A DNA stretch of 64,000 nucleotides. Source: a bacterium (GTDB taxonomy: Bacteria; Bacillota_I; Bacilli_A; RF39; UBA660). The notes under the pieces are model-generated. The model had not been told where the DNA came from. It saw only the letters and a program-made list of their open reading frames with translations, and made no database searches. The stretch lies in assembly GCA_963641945.1 (NCBI GenBank), contig CAVIDW010000003.1:16874-80873 (forward strand), read 5' to 3'. A program made the position numbers and the translations under genes. This document shows positions 47,930 to 56,688 of the stretch, piece after piece (position 1 is the first letter of the stretch; each line of letters opens with the position of its first letter).

Positions 47930-48574
47930 ATGAAAATTGAATTTAAAAATGTTAATAAAAATTTTAAAAAAGTTGAGATATTGAAACAGATTAATTTAAA
48001 ATTCGAAACTGGAAATGTATATGGAATCTATGGTAGAAATGGCAGTGGTAAGAGTGTATTTTTGAAGATGATTGCAGGGTTTATGCTTCCGACGAGCGGA
48101 GAAATACTTTTTGATGGTGAAAATTTAAATTTTAAAAATGAATTTCCGAAAGATTTGAGAGCATTAATAGAAAATCCATCATTTTTCCCAGATTTAACTG
48201 GATTTGAAAATTTAAGATTATTAGCTAAAATACAAAATAGGATAGGAGATAACGAAATATTAGCAGCATTAGATATAGTTAACTTAACAGATGAAAAAGA
48301 TAAAAAATACAGTAAATACTCTTTAGGAATGAAACAAAAATTAGGAATAGCTCAAGCAATAATGGAAAATCCTAAAATATTAATATTAGATGAGCCATTC
48401 AATGGAATAGAGGAAAAAACAGTCAAAAAAATAATTGATTATCTAAATGAAATTAAAAAAGATAGAATAATAATAATAAGTACACATATTATAGAAGATC
48501 TGCATAAATTAACAGAAAAAATATATTATTTTGATAATAAGGAAGTTTATGAAAATATTAAAAAACAGAGTTGA
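47930..48574 (+). CDS. ABC transporter ATP-binding protein
   Basis: GRNGSGKSV Walker A, YSLGMKQKLGIAQAI signature and ILILDEPFNG Walker B. Confidence 0.85.
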   Translation: MKIEFKNVNKNFKKVEILKQINLKFETGNVYGIYGRNGSGKSVFLKMIAGFMLPTSGEILFDGENLNFKNEFPKDLRALIENPSFFPDLTGFENLRLLAKIQNRIGDNEILAALDIVNLTDEKDKKYSKYSLGMKQKLGIAQAIMENPKILILDEPFNGIEEKTVKKIIDYLNEIKKDRIIIISTHIIEDLHKLTEKIYYFDNKEVYENIKKQS

Positions 48575-49286
48575 ACAAATTCTAACCGTCAAGGATCATG
48601 TCTTAATATATTTGATTATTGTATTAGGGGTGTGTATACCGACATTTTCAGGACTAGCTAGCGAAAATTTTTGGGTAAGATTATATAGTATTAACACGAC
48701 TCCAATTTATTTAACAATGTTTTATTTATCTACAGGGTTATTCACTATGTATTCAATAAAGAACTATTGCTTAGAATACAATATACTGATAAGAAATACA
48801 AATTATAAGCAAATGATAGATGATAGTTTAAAAGTAATAATATTTGGGACAATATTTTTAAATATTATAGGTTTACTTTTAACTATAGCTGGAGCAGTAA
48901 TTTTCTGTTATAACGATTTTTCGGTAATTTCTCATCCGATATATAATATATCATTTATAAGTTACATGTTATTTTTTGCCTTAAGAGGGTTGACTATCTC
49001 CTGCATAATAAATGTAACGTTATATTTGTTATATATGCTATTTAAGGACTACGCAAATATAATTTTGATTGCAATTTGTTCAAGCTTTACAGCATTACCA
49101 TCTAAATCAGTAAAAATATTGCATTTTTATAACATGCCATTGTTGTTTCATAACTATTATTTTAATATAGAATATTCAACATTTTATTTAGAAATATTAT
49201 GTTCAACTATCGAGACGTTACTATTAATAGGAATATGCAAATTATTATATTATTTTGCGATAAAGAAGAAAAGAGACATTATATGA
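48549..49286 (+). CDS. polytopic membrane protein (putative ABC-2 permease component)
   Basis: ATG at 48549 follows an AAGGAAG RBS and overlaps the ATPase 3' end. About six TM helices. Confidence 0.5.
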   Translation: MKILKNRVEQILTVKDHVLIYLIIVLGVCIPTFSGLASENFWVRLYSINTTPIYLTMFYLSTGLFTMYSIKNYCLEYNILIRNTNYKQMIDDSLKVIIFGTIFLNIIGLLLTIAGAVIFCYNDFSVISHPIYNISFISYMLFFALRGLTISCIINVTLYLLYMLFKDYANIILIAICSSFTALPSKSVKILHFYNMPLLFHNYYFNIEYSTFYLEILCSTIETLLLIGICKLLYYFAIKKKRDII

Positions 49287-49912
49287 AAATACAATCTAAA
49301 ATATTATTAGAAAGATTCAAAAAGAATATTTTGTATATTACAATATACTTTATAAGCTTAATATTTGGAGTAATACTGTTTTATTTAAGAAACAAACAAA
49401 TAGAATTTAATATAGATGAATTCTTAGTACTTATTAATTTTCCAAAATTCTCAAATTTAAGTTACTTATATGAATTAATTAAAATATATGAAATTGGATT
49501 ATTAGTGTATTTAGTATATGACTATTATACTTATGATTTAAATTATTCATTAGATAATATTATGATAAGAGAAAGTGTAAATAAATGGTATTTAAATAAA
49601 ATAATAATATTCAGTATATTTATAACTTTATTTAAAATATTTGAAGTATCAATATTATATTTAATTCATAGTAGTGAAGTATCATTTGATATTAATTTTT
49701 ATATCTATTCAATCATATTTGATATATTTATTTTATTAATCATCACAACATTATATAACTATAGAAGAAGCATTTTAAACTATATATTTTTATCAATAAT
49801 ATTAATTTATATATATTTAAGATTTAATGTAATAATAGTTCTTATTTTGTCTATAATTATCGCTATTTTTAATTATAAAACATTAAATTTCACCAAGAAT
49901 TTTACTGAATAA
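49283..49912 (+). CDS. polytopic membrane protein (putative ABC-2 permease component)
   Basis: ATG at 49283 forms an ATGA overlap with the upstream stop. About six TM helices. Confidence 0.5.
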   Translation: MKIQSKILLERFKKNILYITIYFISLIFGVILFYLRNKQIEFNIDEFLVLINFPKFSNLSYLYELIKIYEIGLLVYLVYDYYTYDLNYSLDNIMIRESVNKWYLNKIIIFSIFITLFKIFEVSILYLIHSSEVSFDINFYIYSIIFDIFILLIITTLYNYRRSILNYIFLSIILIYIYLRFNVIIVLILSIIIAIFNYKTLNFTKNFTE

Positions 49913-49916
49913 AATG

Positions 49917-49938
49917 AACTAGACTTTAGTCTAGTTTT
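49917..49938 (+). terminator. hairpin terminator after the ABC module
   Basis: AACTAGAC-TTTA-GTCTAGTT followed by TT. Confidence 0.55.
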
Positions 49939-49960
49939 AATATAAATTTTTCTATTATTA

Positions 49961-49989
49961 TTGCATGAATTTTGTTAATATGGTAGAAT
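49961..49989 (+). promoter_or_regulatory. promoter with extended -10 for the 50021-56688 operon
   Basis: TTGCAT (49961-49966), a 17-nt spacer and TGgTAGAAT (49981-49989). Confidence 0.6.
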
Positions 49990-50020
49990 TAATAAAGTAA
50001 AAAGATAGTAGGGTAAGAGT

Positions 50021-52144
50021 ATGAAAAAAATGAATAAAGTTGTTGAAAAAGTAGCAAATGTATCATTAAATATACTAATCGGAATATTTGCAATCATATT
50101 GCTTATATTTATATATAAAGGATTTCAAGTTAAAATTTTAAAGAATGATTTTAATTTCTTTGGATATACAATGTTTGAAGTTCAAACAGGAAGTATGAAA
50201 AGTTATATTAATGCTGGAGATTGGGTAGTAGTAAAACTTACAAAGGATGTAGATATTAATGATGTCATTACATTTAAGCAAGATGGAAATAATATTACAC
50301 ATAGGGTAATTGAAATATATAATGGAACCTATATTACCAAAGGGGATGCTAATAATTCGAAAGATGACCCAATAGATCAAAGTCAAATAATTGGAAAGGT
50401 AGTGAAAGTTCTTAGCGGATTTGGAATACTGCGAAAAACAATATTTAATCCAGCAGTAATAATTGCTTTAATAATAACTTTGTTATTATTTAATTTAACT
50501 TTTAAGAATGATGTGGAAAGTATGAAAAAGAAAAAACAAATAAGAATTATAGTAAATAAGATAATAAATCTCTTTAAAAATATTAAGAAAGATGAATTTA
50601 GTGATTTGGATAAATTTGATGAATCTAAGAAAGAAAGAATAGAAGAAGAAAAAATCATCAAGCAAGAAATACTTGATGAGGGTGACATTCAAAAAGAGCC
50701 AAAGAAAGAAGAACTAAGTAAAACATCAATGTTTAGAGTTGTTAGTGTTAGAAAAGAAGGACATAAACCTAAAGAAGAATCAAAAATAGAAGAAAAAATT
50801 GAAGCAGATGAAGAAATAATTGAATCAGAAAAAACTCCTGAGCAAATTGAAGAAGAATTAAGTAAAACTTCTATGTTTAGAATAATTAAAGCTGATACAA
50901 GTGATATAGACAAAAAAATAAAAAAGATAATTAAAAAAGAAAAAAAGGAAAATAAAGATAATAACGTCTATACAGTAACTCTAGAAGCAGAAAAAGTAGT
51001 TAAAAAACTTGATAAAAATATGGGAAAAAACGAAAGAAGTGAAAAGAGTGAATCTATAAATTCAAATGATTTAAAAATCAAAACATATAATACAAAAGCT
51101 AAGACAATAATAGAAAAAGCAATTAAAGTAAAAAAACTAGAAATAAATCAAGTAATCGATGTTATATTAGAAGGTCAAAAATCATATGTAATTAAATCAA
51201 GTTTTAGAACAGACTTTATAGATGCATATATTACTAGTAAATATTATTTGGCAGAAAATTCAAATAGTATTGGTGATGTAAAAGAATCTATCAGTGCTTT
51301 AAGTAAAAAACTAACAAAGAAGAACATTAGAGATGAAAAACAAAAGTTAATTATTAAAACATATGAAGATTTAATGCTTTTATATTCAAATATTGATAAA
51401 TACAATAAAGATGAAGAAAATAGAATAACTTTTTATCAAAAGACATTAAGAAAATATAGTAATTGGGATATAGAATATATTAATTATTTAGTTTATAGAA
51501 TTATTGAAATACAAAATAAATGTTTAGATGAAATGGAAGAAAGTTATAAAAAACTAGAAACAGATACATTTGAAATAACATTTAATAAAATATCAAATAA
51601 TAAAGATTTATATTCAGCAGTATTAAATCATAATATATCATTTAGTAGTGTATATAGCGATTATATAGTTGATAAAACATATAATGAAGGAATCGTATCA
51701 GAAGATAAAGTAGTAGTTCTTATAACATTATTATCAAGTAGAATTGCAAAAGATATAACGAACTATGATTATAATAAAAAATATGTAGTTTATATGCCAA
51801 GCGGATTATATGAAAAAGAAAAGAAAATGGCTGGATTATTAAAATTAATTGAAGATGAATATGCTAAAAATCATATCTATATATTATTAGATGCTAATAC
51901 GTTGATATTGAACAAGAAAATAACAACGAATCTTAAAAAACAAGGATATAATTTTGCAGTTGTATTAAATGATGAAAGCAAAATTAATGAAAAAAACATA
52001 GGTGCATTGTATTTAGCAGATTATATATTTGTAAGTAAAGATATTAAAAACATATCAAATATAATTGGAGAAGTACCTAATGAACTTTTAGAAAAAATTG
52101 TAAAAGAAAATATAAAAAAATTGGGTGATTTTGGAGGCGAATAA
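50021..52144 (+). CDS. SipW-type (ER-type S26B) signal peptidase fused to a ~540-aa cytoplasmic extension
   Basis: The N-terminal ~160 aa comprise a TM helix, QTGSMKS (Ser box), ITHRVIE (His box), TKGDANNSKDDP (Asp box) and a second TM helix. A K/E-rich linker with duplicated EELSKTSMFR(V/I) follows, then a globular domain of about 330 aa of unknown family. Confidence 0.7.
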   Translation: MKKMNKVVEKVANVSLNILIGIFAIILLIFIYKGFQVKILKNDFNFFGYTMFEVQTGSMKSYINAGDWVVVKLTKDVDINDVITFKQDGNNITHRVIEIYNGTYITKGDANNSKDDPIDQSQIIGKVVKVLSGFGILRKTIFNPAVIIALIITLLLFNLTFKNDVESMKKKKQIRIIVNKIINLFKNIKKDEFSDLDKFDESKKERIEEEKIIKQEILDEGDIQKEPKKEELSKTSMFRVVSVRKEGHKPKEESKIEEKIEADEEIIESEKTPEQIEEELSKTSMFRIIKADTSDIDKKIKKIIKKEKKENKDNNVYTVTLEAEKVVKKLDKNMGKNERSEKSESINSNDLKIKTYNTKAKTIIEKAIKVKKLEINQVIDVILEGQKSYVIKSSFRTDFIDAYITSKYYLAENSNSIGDVKESISALSKKLTKKNIRDEKQKLIIKTYEDLMLLYSNIDKYNKDEENRITFYQKTLRKYSNWDIEYINYLVYRIIEIQNKCLDEMEESYKKLETDTFEITFNKISNNKDLYSAVLNHNISFSSVYSDYIVDKTYNEGIVSEDKVVVLITLLSSRIAKDITNYDYNKKYVVYMPSGLYEKEKKMAGLLKLIEDEYAKNHIYILLDANTLILNKKITTNLKKQGYNFAVVLNDESKINEKNIGALYLADYIFVSKDIKNISNIIGEVPNELLEKIVKENIKKLGDFGGE

Positions 52145-52146
52145 TT

Positions 52147-53709
52147 ATGAATACATTCTTACGATTTTTTTACGAATTTATATCAATATTTTTTGATGGA
52201 GTAGAAAAAATTGTAAAAGGCTTTATAAATGGCTTTATGCAAATGTTTAATTATGGAGATTATAAACAAATAATAAGCAATTATAAAGGAAGTTTTAGTG
52301 GAATAGAATGGGTATTTGTAGGATTAGGTGTGGCATTTTTTGTTCTCCTAGTTGGAGCAATTTTAGTACTTATATTTATGGGTATTAGAAAAATATTTAG
52401 ACTTAGAAAAGAGAAATTAAATCAAGATGAATTATTAGATGAAATTGGGGAACTAAATGATAAAGTTAAGCAATTGATGAAAGAAAAAGATGAATTAATG
52501 GCCATGAAAGTTTCTCAATTAGGATTAAATCCAAAAGATGAGCCAACAGAAGAACAAAAAGAAGAAAATAAAAATGCTGATGGTTATACTGAAGAAGAAC
52601 AAAATACAGAAGACCTTGATGAAGCTGGAAATGTTCGTTTTCCTAAACTTGTTAGAATCGATCAAGAATATAAGAATTATAAAATTAAAAATTATAATAA
52701 CAACTTCTCTTTAGAAGAATTAATAGATAACTTTAGATGTTTTGCTGCAAGTCAACTTCATTTATATTATGAAGCACATTTGTTAAGAGCATTCATTGGA
52801 GGTCTTGCTTGTGGTAAATTAATTATCTTACAAGGTATTTCTGGTACAGGTAAAACATCTTTAGCATATGCTTGGGGTAAATTTGTTAAAAATGATTCAT
52901 GCGTAGCATCAGTTCAACCATCATGGAGAGATAAAACTGAATTACTTGGATACTTTAATGAATTTACTAAAAAGTTTAACGAGTCAAACGTTTTAGAAGA
53001 GTTATACTTAGCCGGATATGATGATAATGTTCATACAATAATACTTGATGAAATGAATATAGCCAGAGTTGAATATTATTTTGCAGAAATGCTATCTATA
53101 TTAGAATTACCTCAAAGAAGTGAATGGCAGATTGAACTTGTATCTACAATATGGCCAGATGATCCAAAAAGGTTGGATAAAGGAAAACTTCATTTACCTG
53201 GAAACTTATGGTATATTGGAACAATCAATAATGATGACTCAACATTTATGGTAACAGATAAAGTATACGATAGAGCAATGCCTATTGATATAAATAAAAA
53301 GATAGATCCATTTGAATGTAGAGAACAAGAAGCAGTTGCTATAAACTCAAGTTATTTAGAAAGTTTATTTAAACAAGCATTCGAAGATCATAAATTATCA
53401 CAAAAATCAATTAAAATGGTTGAAGAAATTGATAATTATGTTATCGCTCATTTTAGAGTTGCATTTGGTAATCGTATTATGAAACAATTAAGAGACTTTA
53501 CAGCAGTTTATGTAGCTAGTGGTGGAGATGAAGTAGAAGCAATAGACTATTTTCTAGCACAAAAAGTATTAAGAAAATTTGACCAATTAAATATTGCTCA
53601 AATAAGAGATGAAATAGATGGTTTTATTAAATATCTTGATGCATCAACTGGTAAAGGCAAAATGAAAGAATGTATTGCATTTTTAGAAAGATTAAAGAAA
53701 TCAGTTTAG
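52147..53709 (+). CDS. membrane-anchored McrB-family AAA+ GTPase homologue
   Basis: TM helix (WVFVGLGVAFFVLLVGAILVLIFMGI) followed by RKIFRLRKEK, then a coiled coil. The core is McrB-like: ILQGISGTGKTS, VQPSWRDKTELLGYF, IILDEMNIARVEYYFAEMLSILE, NLWYIGTINNDDS (NxxD), YDRAMPIDI. Confidence 0.75.
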   Translation: MNTFLRFFYEFISIFFDGVEKIVKGFINGFMQMFNYGDYKQIISNYKGSFSGIEWVFVGLGVAFFVLLVGAILVLIFMGIRKIFRLRKEKLNQDELLDEIGELNDKVKQLMKEKDELMAMKVSQLGLNPKDEPTEEQKEENKNADGYTEEEQNTEDLDEAGNVRFPKLVRIDQEYKNYKIKNYNNNFSLEELIDNFRCFAASQLHLYYEAHLLRAFIGGLACGKLIILQGISGTGKTSLAYAWGKFVKNDSCVASVQPSWRDKTELLGYFNEFTKKFNESNVLEELYLAGYDDNVHTIILDEMNIARVEYYFAEMLSILELPQRSEWQIELVSTIWPDDPKRLDKGKLHLPGNLWYIGTINNDDSTFMVTDKVYDRAMPIDINKKIDPFECREQEAVAINSSYLESLFKQAFEDHKLSQKSIKMVEEIDNYVIAHFRVAFGNRIMKQLRDFTAVYVASGGDEVEAIDYFLAQKVLRKFDQLNIAQIRDEIDGFIKYLDASTGKGKMKECIAFLERLKKSV

Positions 53710-53720
53710 GAGTGAATTAA

Positions 53721-54842
53721 ATGGCAAAGACAAGTATAGAAATTGACAAAGAAATAAAAAAACAATGTAATCTTTTTCTAAAAAATACAGAATCAAATAT
53801 GCATTATCTTGCAGATTTAGATAATACATTAAGTTCTACAAAATGGTTAGAAATAATGGAAGAAACATTTCCATATTTAGATACATATATTAGAGCTCCA
53901 AAAGTAGCATTAATTACTGAAACAGAAACACAACCCATTGAAAAAGCAAAAAAAATTGGAGTAGAAAGTGTTAAAGATTTAGCAAAACATAGTAATTATA
54001 TTGAAAATGTAGTTAGTGATAAAGATATTAAACCATCAAAAATACTTGTCTTACTTCGTGAAGAAACATACAATACATACGAGAATAGATTTATTTATAC
54101 ATTGGTTCATGAAACTTTAAGATTTATAATTTTAATGGAAGAAAAACTAAAAAAATTAGAATCAAAAGATCAAAAACAATTAGAGTATACATCTAATACA
54201 AATAATGGAAAAGATAAAATTAAAATATGCTTAAGAATCAGTGCTGTTGAAATAGATAAAGGATCAAAAAATAGTGATTTTGAAGCACAAGTTAGTAATA
54301 TCAAAAAAAGATTAAAATTACTAAAGGAATATATAACTTTATGGCAAAGATGTGAAATGATGGAATCACTTAAAAAAGCACATGTTCCATTTGTAACATC
54401 TCCAATTAAAAAGACTAATTTAATATTAAAAAATCCAAACTTTAAAGAAGCAACAAAACTATGGAATTTTTTAATGAATTACTTAGATAATGAATCAAAT
54501 AAAAATAAACTATATGATACAAATGGTAATCAATTCTTAAGAAATATATTAGATGAATCATTTTTGATGGATTATTATGTATTAGATGCAATCTCAAATA
54601 TAAGAAAGAATCAAAGAGATAAGCTTACACAATATGCTGTATTAATGATTAGTGAACAAGTTAAAAAATCAATGGAAATATTACTATATAATGGAATAAA
54701 GGTATCTGAAGAAAAACTATTACAAATGGTAAATATAGAAATAAATAATGATAAAAGTAAAATGGCACTAGGAAGTAGTGATATAAAGAAAAAATTTGAA
54801 AAAGAAATGAATGAATACCTGGCAAAGGTTCAAAATTTATAG
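53721..54842 (+). CDS. McrC-like (N-terminal domain only) partner protein with no recognisable PD-(D/E)xK nuclease motif
   Basis: It occupies the McrC position 12 nt after the McrB-like gene. ETYNTYENRFIYTLVHETLRFI resembles the McrC EDTLANRIIKSTL region, and LKNPNFKEATKLWNFLMNY is also present. I see no D..(D/E)xK motif equivalent to IIDAKYY. Confidence 0.5.
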   Translation: MAKTSIEIDKEIKKQCNLFLKNTESNMHYLADLDNTLSSTKWLEIMEETFPYLDTYIRAPKVALITETETQPIEKAKKIGVESVKDLAKHSNYIENVVSDKDIKPSKILVLLREETYNTYENRFIYTLVHETLRFIILMEEKLKKLESKDQKQLEYTSNTNNGKDKIKICLRISAVEIDKGSKNSDFEAQVSNIKKRLKLLKEYITLWQRCEMMESLKKAHVPFVTSPIKKTNLILKNPNFKEATKLWNFLMNYLDNESNKNKLYDTNGNQFLRNILDESFLMDYYVLDAISNIRKNQRDKLTQYAVLMISEQVKKSMEILLYNGIKVSEEKLLQMVNIEINNDKSKMALGSSDIKKKFEKEMNEYLAKVQNL

Positions 54843-54851
54843 GAGCAAATA

Positions 54852-55424
54852 ATGAAAAAAATAAAAAATAATAAAGTACTAAAAATTATACTTAAAGTTA
54901 TTAAAGCTTGTATAATTATAACATTAATAGCATTTATATTAGTTGTTTTTTTACAAAGATTCAGTAATAATAAATTATCATTATTTAACTATAGAATCTT
55001 TGCAGTAGCAACTGGTTCTATGCAACCAAAATATAATATTGGTGATGTATTAATATCAAAAGATGTAGATCCAAGTAAATTAAAAGTTGGAGATAATATT
55101 AGTTATTTAGGAACTAAATCAAATTTTAAAGGAAAAGTTATAACGCACCAAATAGTTAAAATTGAAACAGATGAAAATGGTAAATTATTATTCTATACAA
55201 AAGGTATAGCAAATCTAGTAGAAGATCCAGTAGTTGAAGAAGGTCAAGTGTATGGAAAAGTTATTTATAAAACAATTTTATTATCATGGTTATATAAATT
55301 TGTTAGTACAAGTACTGGGTTTGGATTAATAATAGTTATTCCAATAATAATAATTATTGGATATGAAATACTTGCAACATTACTAGAAAAAAAGGAAGAA
55401 GAAATTAACTCAAAAAGAAAATAG
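54852..55424 (+). CDS. SipW-type signal peptidase homologue with altered Asp box
   Basis: N- and C-terminal TM helices, ATGSMQPKY (Ser box) and ITHQIVK (His box). TKGIANLVEDP stands where SipW has KGDNN. Confidence 0.7.
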   Translation: MKKIKNNKVLKIILKVIKACIIITLIAFILVVFLQRFSNNKLSLFNYRIFAVATGSMQPKYNIGDVLISKDVDPSKLKVGDNISYLGTKSNFKGKVITHQIVKIETDENGKLLFYTKGIANLVEDPVVEEGQVYGKVIYKTILLSWLYKFVSTSTGFGLIIVIPIIIIIGYEILATLLEKKEEEINSKRK

Positions 55425-55440
55425 AAAAGGAGGCACAAAA

Positions 55441-56688
55441 ATGAAAAAAAGACATAAATTATATATAAAACTTAATTTAGTTTCATTAATTTTCATTGTT
55501 GTGTCTTTAATTTTTACAACACTTGCATGGTTTGCATATAGTGGTTTATCTTCCTTAGATACAGAAATCGGTGTAAAAGCATGGTATATAGAATTAACTA
55601 AGAATGGCGAAGCAGTTGCTAATGATATAGTTATTTCAATTCCAACAATTTATCCAGGAATGGATACAATAACTGAAAAGATAAATATTGAAAATTTTGG
55701 TGATTCCGTTGCACAGGTAAAATATGAAATTTTATCAGCAAGAATACTTGACACTAAATATGATACAGAAAATGATAAAAGTATTGTTTCAGAAGATTTA
55801 GAAACATCATTATCTCATGATTATCCATTTCATATAAATATAAGTTTGAGTGATTATGTTGTTGATTCAAATGGTGGAACAGCAACATTTAAAGTAAGCG
55901 CATCTTGGCCATTAGATGGTGGAAATGACAGTGCTGATAGTGAATGGGGAACGAAAGCATATGAATTCTCTCAAGCAGAAAAAAATAAACAAGCAACTGA
56001 TTCAAATTATGCTATAGACTCACCAATTCAAGTTGTAATAAAAGTAAGTGCTGAGCAATATGTTGATAGTGATACATCAAGTTCAAGAGATTATGCATAT
56101 GGTAATACAATATTATATAATGTAGTAGCAGATGATTTTTGTTCTAAAGTTAGTGACACATGTATAAGTACAACAGTAATTGATGAAAACAATAAAATAG
56201 GCGATGAAACAATTACTGTAATACCAAATATATTAACAAAATTTACAGAGGCAACTTATGATAATTATAATAATACATTAAATAGTATTACTTCAAACTG
56301 GAATGTAGAATATAGAGCTTTAACAGCAGATGATGTATTAAAAATTATTTCAAGAGATATAGAATCATCAAATATGATTAGTTCTTCATTATCTAATATA
56401 ATAATTGGAAAAATGAATTCATCAGAATTAATAAATCAAACATTGAACAATGCAGTTTTACTAGATGGACATTTTGAATTTATTAATGATAATTTTAAAT
56501 TTTTATATAATTCTTCAAGTACATGTTATTGGACAATGACAGAATATAATACAAGTAAAGGTTACGCTTTCTCAAAGATAGATAGTAGTAAATCTAAATT
56601 ATATGGAGAAAATAAAACCACTTCTTGTCAAGTATTACCAGTAATAATAATAACAAAAAAAGAAATTATAAAGGAAGAAAATGGTTAA
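55441..56688 (+). CDS. TasA-like secreted protein with SipW-cognate-type signal and extended C-terminal domain
   Basis: The signal reads ..IFTTLA/WFAYSGLS. IYPGMDTITEKINIENFGDSVAQVKYEI and IQVVIKVSAEQY are TasA-like strands. Confidence 0.6.
   Translation: MKKRHKLYIKLNLVSLIFIVVSLIFTTLAWFAYSGLSSLDTEIGVKAWYIELTKNGEAVANDIVISIPTIYPGMDTITEKINIENFGDSVAQVKYEILSARILDTKYDTENDKSIVSEDLETSLSHDYPFHINISLSDYVVDSNGGTATFKVSASWPLDGGNDSADSEWGTKAYEFSQAEKNKQATDSNYAIDSPIQVVIKVSAEQYVDSDTSSSRDYAYGNTILYNVVADDFCSKVSDTCISTTVIDENNKIGDETITVIPNILTKFTEATYDNYNNTLNSITSNWNVEYRALTADDVLKIISRDIESSNMISSSLSNIIIGKMNSSELINQTLNNAVLLDGHFEFINDNFKFLYNSSSTCYWTMTEYNTSKGYAFSKIDSSKSKLYGENKTTSCQVLPVIIITKKEIIKEENG

Noticed and set aside
51400-52144. 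The C-terminal part of the 707-aa SipW fusion (..KKYVVYMPSGL..HIYILLDANTL..QGYNFAVVLNDESKIN..ALYLADYIFVSKD..) loosely resembles the second half of an EAL (c-di-GMP phosphodiesterase) barrel.
   Set aside because: The resemblance rests only on a hydrophobic-strand/loop rhythm. The EAL, DDFG and other catalytic signatures are absent. It is too weak to claim without a profile search.
52147-54842. Annotating the McrB-like/McrC-like pair as a conventional McrBC type IV restriction system.
   Set aside because: The GTPase has a TM helix and coiled coil where a DNA-binding domain is expected, and no PD-(D/E)xK motif is visible in the partner. The pair is also co-operonic with signal peptidases. I report it as a McrBC-derived module of unknown function instead.
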